DNA from: Rubripirellula sp. | GTDB lineage: Bacteria; Planctomycetota; Planctomycetia; Pirellulales; Pirellulaceae | Direction: 5' to 3' | Length of the DNA: 64,000 nucleotides | NCBI GenBank assembly: GCA_965216875.1 | Contig: OZ244207.1 | Coordinates: 2,624,001-2,688,000, forward strand | Shown: in pieces, positions 40,075-50,428 of the stretch | Position numbering within the stretch: position 1 is the stretch's first letter | Layout: every line of letters begins with the position of its first letter | The notes under the pieces: generated by a model | Seen by the model: the letters and a program-made list of their open reading frames with translations, nothing else | What the model was told of the DNA's origin: nothing | Databases searched by the model: none | Made by a program: the position numbers and the translations under genes

Positions 40075-41183
40075 CCAAATACCCGCCCAGCCAAGCGAGC
40101 AGTCGGTATTGCGTCTATCAATACCTACCGTACTTTCGCTCCCAAGGTCTTGAGTGCGAAGCGTCTCCTTTTTACGACGACGACGCTTTTGCGAAGATCT
40201 TTCGGGGCGCGAGTCTGTTGGCAAGATGCATCGCGTTTGTTCGATGCTTGGTGATTCGCCTTCTCTGGCTCGTCAAGCTCGGGCGGTTTGACCTGGTCGT
40301 TGCGCACCGTGAATGCGTGCCGGTCGGGCCCATTCTTTTCGAACGTCTGATCAAGCTCCGTCGCACGAAGTTTGTTTTCATCTACGACGACGCTCTCTTC
40401 GTCTACAAACGAAGTTCGAAGAGCCGTCTGTACGATCTGTTCAAGTCGCCTCGCAAGTTTTTCACGATTTTCAAGCTCGCCGACTTGGTCATCGGAGCAA
40501 ACGAGTATCTGGCTCAAGTGCCTCGTGAACGGGGTGCCAACGCTCGTGAGCTACGAATTGGTGAGGACCTTCAGCGGTACACCGACCGAAACGACAATCG
40601 GACACAGAGCGAGCCTCACACGATCACACTTGGCTGGATTGGTTCTCCCTCAACCGAAAAGTACCTCAAGCTGATTGCCGAACCGCTCGATTCACTTGCA
40701 AAGCGGTTCCCAAACACAGAGTTAATGATTGTTGGAGGCGGGAGCTTCAAACTCGATCGCATGCCGGTGCATCACCACCCGTGGTCACAAGAGACGGAAG
40801 TGTCCAACTTGCACAAAATGGATATTGGATTGATGCCGCTTCCGGATGAGCAATGGTCGCTTGGCAAGTCGGGGGGCAAGGCGCGACTCTACATGGCTGT
40901 AGGGATTGTACCGGTTGCGACGGATATCGGATTCAATCGCGACCTCATCGATGACTACGAGACGGGGCGTTTGATCGAGAACATTGACGATTGGGAGGAG
41001 TCGCTTGCGGAACTAATCGACAATTGCGAGCTTCGTCACTCGCTTTCGAAGGGAGCGCGAGCAAAAATAGAAGCTCGCTACTCAGTGACAGTGACCGGCA
41101 AACAATATCTAGAGATGTTGCACGAAACCGCCGGGATAGCTTTGCCCCATGAAGATCGCGTCACGGACACGGTTGCCCGCTAA
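40056..41183 (+). CDS. GT4 glycosyltransferase
   Basis: ASSRY, YDDA, LGWIGS and DIGLMPL...GKSGGK motifs. Confidence 0.9.
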   Translation: MRVLFLTKYPPSQASSRYCVYQYLPYFRSQGLECEASPFYDDDAFAKIFRGASLLARCIAFVRCLVIRLLWLVKLGRFDLVVAHRECVPVGPILFERLIKLRRTKFVFIYDDALFVYKRSSKSRLYDLFKSPRKFFTIFKLADLVIGANEYLAQVPRERGANARELRIGEDLQRYTDRNDNRTQSEPHTITLGWIGSPSTEKYLKLIAEPLDSLAKRFPNTELMIVGGGSFKLDRMPVHHHPWSQETEVSNLHKMDIGLMPLPDEQWSLGKSGGKARLYMAVGIVPVATDIGFNRDLIDDYETGRLIENIDDWEESLAELIDNCELRHSLSKGARAKIEARYSVTVTGKQYLEMLHETAGIALPHEDRVTDTVAR

Positions 41184-41186
41184 CGA

Positions 41187-41765
41187 ATGAATATCGAAAC
41201 AACGCCCATTCAAGACGTTCTGCTGATCGTCCCCCCGGTCTATGAAGATTCCCGTGGGTTCTTCCAAGAGCTCTACCACAAGGAACGTTACGCCGAAGCG
41301 GGCTTCGACGTCGATTTTGTTCAGGACAATTTCTCGCGTTCCAACCGTGGTGTCCTGCGTGGACTTCATTTTCAAACCGAAAAACCACAGGGCAAGCTGG
41401 TCCAGGTGCTGCGCGGCACACTACTCGATGTGGTGGTCGACATCCGACAGGACTCACCAACGTTTGGCAAATGGCACAGCTGGGAGCTCTCCGAGCACAA
41501 TCACCATCAGCTGTGGGTCCCGCCGGGTCTTGCCCATGGATTCCTCGCCCTCGAAGACGCTTGCGACCTACTCTACAAGTGCACCGAGCTCTACCAGGCA
41601 AACGATCAAAACACCCTGGCTTGGGATGACAAGACGGTAGGAGTCGATTGGCCGATCGACAAGCCCATCCTTTCTGGAAAGGACCTCGAGGGCGTCAGTT
41701 TCGACGCTGCGGTTCGTGCGGCACAACGCCCCCTTCACGATGGCCGACTCCGAACGGCCAAATAG
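41187..41765 (+). CDS. rfbC: dTDP-4-dehydrorhamnose 3,5-epimerase
   Basis: DSRGFFQE, VQDNFSRS, GVLRGLHFQ, QGKLV and AHGF motifs. Confidence 0.96.
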   Translation: MNIETTPIQDVLLIVPPVYEDSRGFFQELYHKERYAEAGFDVDFVQDNFSRSNRGVLRGLHFQTEKPQGKLVQVLRGTLLDVVVDIRQDSPTFGKWHSWELSEHNHHQLWVPPGLAHGFLALEDACDLLYKCTELYQANDQNTLAWDDKTVGVDWPIDKPILSGKDLEGVSFDAAVRAAQRPLHDGRLRTAK

Positions 41766-41768
41766 CTC

Positions 41769-42905
41769 GTGACTGTCGAGAAAGACGCGTCTACTGAGAG
41801 CAAAGTGCGGCGAAGTGTGATCTTTGTCCACGGCTCACTCGGAATGGGCGGCGCCGAAGTGTTGCGGTTGTCGGTCCTCGAGGAATTGCGTGACCGACCT
41901 GAAATCTCGATACGCGTTTGCGTGTTGCGAGACCGCGGCGTTCTTGCGGACCAAGTCGAAGCTTTGGGTGTGCCCCTTGACGTCTTAGGCAATCGAGGTG
42001 GCCTGCTCGACATTCGAGGCATCTTTCGGCTCTCCCATTACCTGAGAACGCATCGTCCCAATGTGGTGCAATCGAGTCAGTTCTTGACCAACCTTCACAC
42101 TCGGCTTGCGTGTTGGTTCGCGCGCGGGGCCAAAGGCATCATCGAAGAGCATGGCATCTACAACTGGAAGAAGTGGCACCATCGATTACTTGATCGTACC
42201 GTCAATCGCCGAGCGGATGCGGTCATCGCCTGCTCTGAAACCGTTGCCAAGTCTGCCGCCAACCACCTAGCGCGCGATCTGTCGACGATCACCGTGATCC
42301 ACAATTGTGCTTCCAGCGAGCATTTCTCGGAGATCGAAAACGGGAGTCCCCGTAACGACGAAAGTTTTGTTGTGTGCGCAGTTGGAACGCTGCGATGGGA
42401 AAAAGGCTACGAGTTCCTGCTCGAAGCATGGCGTACGCTGCAAAGGGATGATCGCCTGCCCAAGCATGCCCGTCTTCAGATTGTTGGAACTGGCCCGCTT
42501 GAAAACGAACTCAAGAAAATGGCCCAGGACTCCGCCGGTGTCGAGTTTTTGGGACGCCGCGAAGACACTACAAGGCTGCTACGTGACGCCGATCTGTTTG
42601 TCCTCCCTTCGGTGAATGAGGGCTTTGGGATCGCGATTGTCGAAGCCATGTGCGCCGGATTGCCGATCGTCTCGACCACAAGCGGCGGCATTCCCGAAGT
42701 CGTTGATTCTGGTCGCACAGGGGTCTTGGTTCCGCCCAAGAATGCTGACGCGCTGGCTGATGCCATCGCTGAGCTGGCCAATGATCCGAAGAGACGCGCG
42801 CGACTTGGAGCGGCTGCGCGCACGGAAGCAACAGAGCGTTTTACTTCCGCCCGTTACTGTGACCAGCTAATGCGACTGTACGACCAAATCGAGGCTGCAA
42901 CATGA
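41769..42905 (+). CDS. GT4 glycosyltransferase
   Basis: GGAE and FVLPSVNEGFGIAIVEAM motifs. Confidence 0.92.
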   Translation: MTVEKDASTESKVRRSVIFVHGSLGMGGAEVLRLSVLEELRDRPEISIRVCVLRDRGVLADQVEALGVPLDVLGNRGGLLDIRGIFRLSHYLRTHRPNVVQSSQFLTNLHTRLACWFARGAKGIIEEHGIYNWKKWHHRLLDRTVNRRADAVIACSETVAKSAANHLARDLSTITVIHNCASSEHFSEIENGSPRNDESFVVCAVGTLRWEKGYEFLLEAWRTLQRDDRLPKHARLQIVGTGPLENELKKMAQDSAGVEFLGRREDTTRLLRDADLFVLPSVNEGFGIAIVEAMCAGLPIVSTTSGGIPEVVDSGRTGVLVPPKNADALADAIAELANDPKRRARLGAAARTEATERFTSARYCDQLMRLYDQIEAAT

Positions 42906-44068
42906 AAGTCATGCTTGTCAGCAATACGACCTGGAACATCTACAACTTCCGAATGAACCTCGCTGATGCATTGCGTGAGCGAGGCTGCGAGGTCATTACC
43001 GTCGGAGTTGCCGACGGGTATGAGGAGAGAATCCGCCAACTCGATTATCAGTGGGCCGAATGGAAAATCACCCGGCGCAGTATCAATCCGTTTAGCGAAC
43101 TCGGCGCGGTCAACAATCTTCGCAAGGTTTATCGCGAACATCGACCCGACATCGTACAGCACTTCACCATCAAACCCGTGCTCTATGGCACGATCGCAGC
43201 GAGGTTGGCCGGTGTTCCTTCAGTGGTGAATTCAATCACGGGCCTTCCCTTCTTTCTGACTTCCCGTGCCGACGGCGGTTTGGGAGGACTCGCCAAGCGC
43301 CTTTCAATGACTTGGTACGCCAAGTGTTGCCTGGGGAAAGGGCGACGCGCCCTTTTTCAAAACCCTGACGATGTTGCTCTGCTCGGGAAATATGATCGAC
43401 GAATCGCTGACAAAGCAGTGATGGTGCCTGGCAGTGGTGTTGACCTCGACCGATTCACCTACACGAGACCATGCGAGGACGCATCTCGCAAAATCCGGGT
43501 CGTTTGCGTCGCACGTTTGATTCGGGAAAAAGGGGTTTTTGATCTCGTTGAAGCGGCCAAAATCATAGGCAAACAACGTGACGATGTTGAGTTTCTTTTC
43601 TGCGGTTCGCCTGACTCGGGGAACCGAACAAGCGTTGACGCCGAGACGTTCGAGCAGTGGAAACGAGAAAAGAACTTGATCCTTCCCGGCCATGTCGATG
43701 ATGTGCAAGCAGAACTGCGAAAGGCGGACATTGTCGCCCTACCCTCATTCCGCGAGGGGACGCCTCGGTCCCTGCTAGAAGCTGCGGCCATTGGCCGCCC
43801 TATCGTCAGCACCGATGTGCCCGGATGTCGCGAAACGGTTGACGATGGTCAAACGGGCTGGCTTGTTCCTCCACGTGATCCTGTCAAGCTCGCGGAAGCG
43901 ATTTCCAAACTTGTCGACGACCCCGAAATGCGAAGCCGAATGGGCAAGGCCGCACGAGCAAAAGCTGAATCCCAATTTGATGAACAGATCGTTATCGAAA
44001 GAACCTTGTCGGTCTACCAAGACTTGGTTGGTTCCTCGCTCGCGCAAATCCAAGGAGCAAGGCAATGA
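42902..44068 (+). CDS. GT4 glycosyltransferase (CapM-like)
   Basis: NFR, TIKPVLYG, FQNPDD, GSGVD, PSFREGTPRSLLEA and TDVPGCRE motifs. Confidence 0.92.
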   Translation: MKVMLVSNTTWNIYNFRMNLADALRERGCEVITVGVADGYEERIRQLDYQWAEWKITRRSINPFSELGAVNNLRKVYREHRPDIVQHFTIKPVLYGTIAARLAGVPSVVNSITGLPFFLTSRADGGLGGLAKRLSMTWYAKCCLGKGRRALFQNPDDVALLGKYDRRIADKAVMVPGSGVDLDRFTYTRPCEDASRKIRVVCVARLIREKGVFDLVEAAKIIGKQRDDVEFLFCGSPDSGNRTSVDAETFEQWKREKNLILPGHVDDVQAELRKADIVALPSFREGTPRSLLEAAAIGRPIVSTDVPGCRETVDDGQTGWLVPPRDPVKLAEAISKLVDDPEMRSRMGKAARAKAESQFDEQIVIERTLSVYQDLVGSSLAQIQGARQ

Positions 44069-44895
44069 GCTGCATTTTTTCGGTCGATGTCGAAGATTGG
44101 TTCCACATTCTTGACCTACCCTCTACACCTTCAATCGATCGCTGGAATTCACTCGAGAGCCATGTCGAGAAAGACTTTTTTGTTCTGCTGGACATGATGC
44201 AAAAAGCCGACGTAACATCGACCTGCTTTTTCCTGGGTTGGGTTGCCGAACGGTTTCCCGATTTGGTCAAGGCGGCGGCGGAGGCCGGCCACGAAATTGG
44301 ATCACACGGCTACGGTCACGAATTGGTCTATGAACTCGACGCTCAAGCGTTCCGCGACGACATCCAACGCGCAAAGGACGCGATTGAGTCTGCGTGTGGG
44401 CGCCAGGTGAAAGGGTATCGCGCCCCAGGATTTAGCTTCACGGCCGAAACACCATGGGTCTACGAACAACTTGCCAATGCGGGATACCAATACAGTTCGT
44501 CTGTTTTTCCTGCCTCACGCGGACACGGCGGCATCAGCGACGCAGAGATGGATCCCTTCTTCACCGACGAAGGTGTGGCTGAATTCCCAATCTCGGTTGT
44601 CAACAAATTTGGCAAACGCCTTTGTCTTTTCGGTGGTGGCTACCTGCGACTTTTCCCCGGCGGAATGGTCCGCAAGGCGGCACGCGGTGTCTTACGCTCT
44701 GGCAGAATCGTCAACTTCTACATCCATCCCAGAGAGATCAATCCAAGTCACCCTCGACTCGAAATGTCACGATTGCGGCGGTTCAAGACCTACGTCAACC
44801 TGACGACCACCGAAGGCAAGTTGAGCAAATTGTTCCACGAGTTTGATTTCACAACTTTCGAGCAAGAGCTCGCAAAGTTGAAAAAACCGGCATAA
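44065..44895 (+). CDS. Polysaccharide deacetylase of the exosortase/PEP-CTERM-locus type (DUF3473)
   Basis: SVDVEDWF, FFLGWVAE, GHEIGSHG, GYRAPGFS, GGGYLR and YIHPRE motifs. Confidence 0.88.
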   Translation: MSCIFSVDVEDWFHILDLPSTPSIDRWNSLESHVEKDFFVLLDMMQKADVTSTCFFLGWVAERFPDLVKAAAEAGHEIGSHGYGHELVYELDAQAFRDDIQRAKDAIESACGRQVKGYRAPGFSFTAETPWVYEQLANAGYQYSSSVFPASRGHGGISDAEMDPFFTDEGVAEFPISVVNKFGKRLCLFGGGYLRLFPGGMVRKAARGVLRSGRIVNFYIHPREINPSHPRLEMSRLRRFKTYVNLTTTEGKLSKLFHEFDFTTFEQELAKLKKPA

Positions 44896-45071
44896 TCGGT
44901 GAGGTTGGATCATCGGGCCGACCCACTCGGATTTGACCAGATTCTCTCGGCGGGCAAGTTGACCTTTCCGACTTGTCTGGCAAGACTGGAATCTTCTTCG
45001 CCAGAGCTGCGTCTGACTGGTGAACAACCTTTTCCTTCCCATCCATTGACCACGCAACGTGGTCGTTTCCA

Positions 45072-45749
45072 GTGAGAACGATGATGGCTACCGACGGTTC
45101 AAAACAGACCGCAGATTTCTTTCACTCCTACGCACATGACTTTGATGCAATCTACGGAACCAAACACACGTTCCTGAACAAAGCAATCAACAGTCTGTTT
45201 CGCAAGAGCATGCGGATCCGGTATGAGAGGTCTATCGTTGGCTGTGATCCAATTGACGGCAAGAGCGTGCTCGATGTCGGGTGCGGTCCGGGGCACTTCG
45301 CGATTGCGCTCGCCAAACGGGGTGCAGCCCGAGTCCTAGGGCTCGACTTTGCGGAGGGGATGCTTGACGTTGCCAAACGAAACGCCCAATCACAGGGTGT
45401 TGCTGATCAATGCGAGTGGCAATTTGGCGACTTCAACACCTACGAATTCAACGAGACGTTTGACTACACCATCGTGTGTGGGTTCATGGACTACATGGAA
45501 GACCCTAAGTCAGTAATCGAGAAAGTTCTGGCCCACACAAATCGCCGCGCCTTCTTTAGTTTTCCTGCTGACAGCGGCATCCTGGCGTGGCAACGCAAGC
45601 GTCGCTACGAGAGCAAGTGTCCACTCTACCTCTACTCGGAATCACGAATTCGCGAACTCTTTTCGTCGGTCACGGAGAACCCGTTTGACGTCGATCCGAT
45701 CAGCCGCGACTACTTCGTGACCGTCTACCAGGACGGGCAACGCGGATAA
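45072..45749 (+). CDS. Class I SAM-dependent methyltransferase
   Basis: VLDVGCGPG and GLDFAEGML motifs. Confidence 0.88.
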   Translation: MRTMMATDGSKQTADFFHSYAHDFDAIYGTKHTFLNKAINSLFRKSMRIRYERSIVGCDPIDGKSVLDVGCGPGHFAIALAKRGAARVLGLDFAEGMLDVAKRNAQSQGVADQCEWQFGDFNTYEFNETFDYTIVCGFMDYMEDPKSVIEKVLAHTNRRAFFSFPADSGILAWQRKRRYESKCPLYLYSESRIRELFSSVTENPFDVDPISRDYFVTVYQDGQRG

Positions 45750-45779
45750 CAGCCGTCAGCATCCAATTTTGAAGCCAAT

Positions 45780-45821
45780 GGCCCCAAACGCGCCGAAAGC
45801 GGTTTGGGGCCTTTCGTTTTT
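45780..45821 (+). terminator. Intrinsic terminator inside the cluster, before wzc
   Basis: Stem GGCCCCAAAC / GTTTGGGGCC followed by TTTCGTTTTT. Confidence 0.7.
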
Positions 45822-46133
45822 CATAGCGAATCAGCTAGGGAAGAATCACCATTCCTTGCGTGCAGGGCTCACCACCCAGGTGGCGATTTGCGAGGAACTT
45901 GAGGGAAGCCCTGGGCATCAAATAAGTGACCGAATCGGCTTTGCCGGTTGTATCGGTCCGACCTGGAATGGCCCATTTTCCACACTCGGCGACGGGGATT
46001 TTTGCTATTCCCAATCAAACGCCGGCTATAAACTGAATCTCTCGAGACGCCCCTCGCGGCGCAACCTACCGATCTCCATTGTTGGCTCCGTTTCTTGGCT
46101 GCCAGCGGCAATTGGTCCCACACTCATCTACCT

Positions 46134-48608
46134 ATGAACTCACTGTCAAATACACAGAGAATTCTCGCAAGCTCGTCCCAACCCGAGGCGGATTCTGGCG
46201 CTGCTGGGCAAACGCCAGACATCTTGAGCGCTCTGTGGCGTTACCGCTGGGCGGTCGTCCTTCCGTGTGTGGTTTCGACGTTGATCGCGTTTCTGATCTA
46301 CAGCCGCACTGCCGAAGTTTTTGAATCGTCGAGCCGGCTCTTGATTGAGTCCAATCGTCCCGCCGTGCTCGATCAAGTCTCGGGAGATGTTGTGGGTGGA
46401 GTCCCGGAAGTCGAGATCATTCAATCGCAGCTCTTTAGCGATATCGTGCTGCAGACGGCGTTTGAAGCCGAGGTGATGCAGCCCTTTCGAGAGCGAACGT
46501 TTAACAACGACCCCGCCCAGTTTGCTAGCCTGACTCATCGGTCGCTGAGTCTTGTTTCCAACGCCAACGCCATGCCCCTCGCCTCAGCAAGGGTCATGGT
46601 TTTGAGGTTCAAGCACGAAGACAAAGACCTTGCCAAGGCAGCGGTCGAATCGTTCAGTGGCGCACTGCAGAAGCTTTTCGACAATCGTCAAAAGGCGTCA
46701 CGCCAGAACCTGATTTCGTTCGTATCGGGAAAGGTTGACGAGATCCGAACGGAAACCTCGCGACTTGAGAGAGAGTATGCCTCCTTCCGAAAGGACGCAG
46801 ACCTCATTTGGGATGCCAACGGCCAAGCTGTAAATCCTCATCGCGAACGCCAGCTCTTTTTGACGAAACGCAGGAGCGAACTCAAAGAGGTCGTCGGCCA
46901 GAAGGCAATGGAATTGGCCGCCATCAAGTCGATCGCCGAAAAGACAAAGGATCACGAAGTTGCCGCTGGCGTGATCGGTCAACTCATGAACGTCGAGCTC
47001 GACTTGCCATCGGCGAAATTGACCGAGCAAAACCTTCGCGAAGCGGATGCAGAACTCGCGCAATTGCGGCTCGACCAGGAACTGGTCCCGCTCATGATTC
47101 AACGAAACAAATACGCTGCCCAGTTTGGCGAAGAGCACCCTACCGTGCGTGAGCTCGATGCGGAACTGGAAATGATGAAGAGCGAGCTCAAGCGAATCGT
47201 CGCCCAGCAGACCGAGCGAATCATCGAACTGATGGACGAGAAACGCAGCAACGACCTCGACCCCAAACAACTCGCTAGAGAAGCGATTCTCACGGTTGTT
47301 AACGCGACTCAAGCAGAAATTGGTCTGTTGGATCAAAAGATCGCGGCGATTGATGAACAGATTGCAGCAGAAAAGGTGCAAGCGACAGCACTCGCTCAAG
47401 CGGAACAACGAAATGAAGCGATGCTTCGTGAGATCGAAGCAAACTCGAAGCTGCTCGATCAGTTTATCGACTATATGAAACGCACGCGTTTGACCGATGA
47501 AACCGGCGGGACGCGCGTTGAAGTTCTGACGCGTCCGAGTCCCGGCACTCGCGTGGCCCCGATGCTCGCAAAGTACCTGGCAATCGGCTGTTTCCTCGGC
47601 CTGGGCCTCGGTTTCGGACTCGCCTTTTTGCTCGAGAAGAACGCCAACACGTTCCGAGACCCCGAGGAAGTCTCCGAGTTGCTCGGCGTTCCGGTTCTTT
47701 CTCATCTGCCTTTCTTCAAAGGGCGGACTCGCAAAGTCAAACGGGGTGAGATCGATCCTTTCGAAAAACTCGATCCGTACCTTTCGGTCGTCCACCAGCC
47801 GGCATCGATTGCGGCCGAGGCAATCCGCAGTGTGCGCACGTCGCTGATGTTTGAACTCGCAGGTGAGGGTGGCAAGATCGTTCAGGTGACCAGCCCGCTT
47901 CCTGGTGACGGGAAAAGTACGATTGCAGGAAACCTGGCTTGCTCGCTCGCACAGAGCGGTAAACGCGTTCTCGCAATCGACTGTGACCTGCGACGACCTC
48001 AGCTGACCGACAACTTCTCATTCAGCGAGGAGTTGGGCCTGACCAACGTTCTCAACGGAGAATGCGAGCCACAGGATGCTAGCCATCAAACACCGTTGGC
48101 AAATCTTCGGGTCATGCCCAGCGGCCCAATTCCCTCAAACCCCGCCGAAGCACTCACCTTGCCCGAAATGGCGGAACTGCTTGAGCTGCTACGTGAGCAA
48201 TACGATTACGTTGTCCTGGACACCCCGCCGCTGCTTGTTGTGACCGACCCAAGCATCACGGCCAGCATGGTCGACGGCGTTCTGTTGGCTCTTCGAATTC
48301 GTCGCAAAAGTCGCCCCAACGCAAAGGAAGCGGCAAACATTTTGCGTGCCGTTGGCTCCAGGTTGATGGGGGTCGTCATCAACAACTCCGACGAATCCGG
48401 GTCAAGTGATGGCTACCGCGGTTACGGATATTACCGCTACGGACGCTACACCAGCCGCTACTACCGAGCTGGCGGCAGCGGCAACAACTCGAACGCGGCG
48501 AGCAAAGCCCCGATGGTCGTTTCGGGGCGTGGGCTAGCCAAGCTTGGTCGGGCCGAAGAAGACCCCTCGGCCGCGTATGAAGCAAGATTGGATGACGTGA
48601 TTGAGTGA
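46134..48608 (+). CDS. wzc: Polysaccharide co-polymerase / BY-kinase (Wzc-like)
   Basis: Two TM segments, coiled coil, AEAIRSVRT, Walker A PGDGKST, IDCDLRRP, DTPP and Tyr cluster GYRGYGYYRYGRY. Confidence 0.93.
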   Translation: MNSLSNTQRILASSSQPEADSGAAGQTPDILSALWRYRWAVVLPCVVSTLIAFLIYSRTAEVFESSSRLLIESNRPAVLDQVSGDVVGGVPEVEIIQSQLFSDIVLQTAFEAEVMQPFRERTFNNDPAQFASLTHRSLSLVSNANAMPLASARVMVLRFKHEDKDLAKAAVESFSGALQKLFDNRQKASRQNLISFVSGKVDEIRTETSRLEREYASFRKDADLIWDANGQAVNPHRERQLFLTKRRSELKEVVGQKAMELAAIKSIAEKTKDHEVAAGVIGQLMNVELDLPSAKLTEQNLREADAELAQLRLDQELVPLMIQRNKYAAQFGEEHPTVRELDAELEMMKSELKRIVAQQTERIIELMDEKRSNDLDPKQLAREAILTVVNATQAEIGLLDQKIAAIDEQIAAEKVQATALAQAEQRNEAMLREIEANSKLLDQFIDYMKRTRLTDETGGTRVEVLTRPSPGTRVAPMLAKYLAIGCFLGLGLGFGLAFLLEKNANTFRDPEEVSELLGVPVLSHLPFFKGRTRKVKRGEIDPFEKLDPYLSVVHQPASIAAEAIRSVRTSLMFELAGEGGKIVQVTSPLPGDGKSTIAGNLACSLAQSGKRVLAIDCDLRRPQLTDNFSFSEELGLTNVLNGECEPQDASHQTPLANLRVMPSGPIPSNPAEALTLPEMAELLELLREQYDYVVLDTPPLLVVTDPSITASMVDGVLLALRIRRKSRPNAKEAANILRAVGSRLMGVVINNSDESGSSDGYRGYGYYRYGRYTSRYYRAGGSGNNSNAASKAPMVVSGRGLAKLGRAEEDPSAAYEARLDDVIE

Positions 48609-48679
48609 TCCACGCGCCCGGAAAAGTGACCATTCTGTGAGCCCGTGCGTCGCGAACATTCCGTTAAAAAAAATCAACA

Positions 48680-50428
48680 ATGACTTCAGCTGACCTTCTC
48701 GAACAAAGCTTGCATGACCGCGAGGTGGCGTCACCGACAAACAAGTACTGGGCAGTCTTTTGGCTTGGGCTGTTTGCGAGTTGCGTCCCAATGCTGCTGG
48801 TCTACATGAAGCAAATGTGGGCGCTGGATCAGTATCAATACTTTCCCTTCGTTTTCGTCGTCGTTGGCGCCCTTCTTTACAAACGCTTCCCAGGGATCTT
48901 TCGCCCGCCTGCCAACTGGTACCGATGGACGCAAATCGCATTGGCGATGCTGATGGTGGCCGGCTCCATTCTAGTGAGGTCGCCCTGGCTCACTGGAGTC
49001 GGATTCGTCCTGCTTGCCTCAAGCTTTCTTGGATCAAACTTTGGACGTGATGGTCGCGTACTTAGCCCGCTGATCCTCCCGCTGATCATGCTGATCCGCT
49101 TGCCCCTTGGGTATGACAAGCTGCTCGTCATCCGCCTGCAGAGCATCACGACCGACCTGTCGAGCGTCATGCTCGACATCATCGGAATCCCTCACGATGC
49201 ATCGGCCAACATCATTCGCCTGGCCAATAAAGAGCTGTTCGTAGCTGAAGCATGCAGCGGAATCCAATCCGTCTTTACTCTCGCATTTATCGCGATCGCG
49301 TTGGTGACCCTATTGAATCGACGCATTTGGCTAGCCCCCGTCTACATCCTCATCGCAATCTTCTTGGCAGTGGCGGCCAACGTCATGCGAGTCACATCGG
49401 TTGCAGTCGGCCAAGCGTGGTATGGCGTCGATTTGTCGGAGGGTTGGTTGCACGACTTGATTGGCTATGTCGCATTGCTAGTCGCAGTACTTTTCCTGCT
49501 GTCCTTCGATCAATTGGTAATGACACTGCTGCATCCGGTTGATCCGGCCGAAGACGAGTCCGTACCTAACCCCCTGATCACCGCCTGGAATTGGCTCGTC
49601 AGCAGCGAAGACCAGCAGAAGTCCGACCAGGCGGCCGAGAGACTTCCACAATCATTCTCTTTCGAACTTGCCCCGCCCATGATTCGGATTGGGTTCGTAT
49701 TGCTGATTGGATTGGTATCGCTGGGTGGCGCCGCGCAAGCGACGCGTCTTACATTCTTCAACGACGCGGCAAATCTCGCGCCAGCTCGCGCCATGGTCAT
49801 GGCCACCTCAAGCGAACTGCTCGAAAGTCCTTCCTACCAACACATCAGCGTCGGCAACCATCAAGTCAATCGCGGAGGGTCGAACGAACGGCTCGGCGAC
49901 AACGCCGACCTGTGGGAGTTCCAGCTTGACGAAATCACTGGGCAACTCGTGTTGAGCCAGCCCTACCGCGGTTGGCACGAGCTATGCATCTGCTATGAAA
50001 TCCGGGACTGGATCCTGATCAATCGCCAGGTTGCCTTTCCCAATCCAGACATCACCGATAGCGACGACCCAAGCGATTTTCCGATCGCGTTTGCAAGATT
50101 AAAAAGCGGCAACAACTTTGGATACCTGATGTACACCTGCGTCGGATCCAACGGAGATGTTATCCAACCTCCACCGAAGCCGGGGCGTCTGGGAACAAGG
50201 TTCGATGACTTGGTGTACTCTGGCGACGCCTATGATCGGGATGACCTGATGATGCTGCAGCTTTGGGTCGTTAGCGACAAGAAACTCTCGCTGCCGCAAA
50301 TCGCGGCACTTAAAACCGATTTCCTCGTTGCCCGACAAACGGTTGTCGACGCGGCGAAACACAACAACGCTCACTCCAGTGGCGAACTCGAAGCGAACTC
50401 GGGCGACCAGCAGGAGGGCTCACGATGA
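48680..50428 (+). CDS. xrtU: Exosortase, probably exosortase U, with C-terminal EpsI-like domain
   Basis: Catalytic triad motifs VAEACSG, ANVMR and HDLIG; C-terminal WHELCICY. Confidence 0.82.
   Translation: MTSADLLEQSLHDREVASPTNKYWAVFWLGLFASCVPMLLVYMKQMWALDQYQYFPFVFVVVGALLYKRFPGIFRPPANWYRWTQIALAMLMVAGSILVRSPWLTGVGFVLLASSFLGSNFGRDGRVLSPLILPLIMLIRLPLGYDKLLVIRLQSITTDLSSVMLDIIGIPHDASANIIRLANKELFVAEACSGIQSVFTLAFIAIALVTLLNRRIWLAPVYILIAIFLAVAANVMRVTSVAVGQAWYGVDLSEGWLHDLIGYVALLVAVLFLLSFDQLVMTLLHPVDPAEDESVPNPLITAWNWLVSSEDQQKSDQAAERLPQSFSFELAPPMIRIGFVLLIGLVSLGGAAQATRLTFFNDAANLAPARAMVMATSSELLESPSYQHISVGNHQVNRGGSNERLGDNADLWEFQLDEITGQLVLSQPYRGWHELCICYEIRDWILINRQVAFPNPDITDSDDPSDFPIAFARLKSGNNFGYLMYTCVGSNGDVIQPPPKPGRLGTRFDDLVYSGDAYDRDDLMMLQLWVVSDKKLSLPQIAALKTDFLVARQTVVDAAKHNNAHSSGELEANSGDQQEGSR

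Noticed and set aside
46698..47795. 365-aa minus-strand ORF, and similar long antisense ORFs at 13299-14183 and 6694-7419
   Set aside because: Antisense to well-supported genes and without motifs; attributable to codon bias
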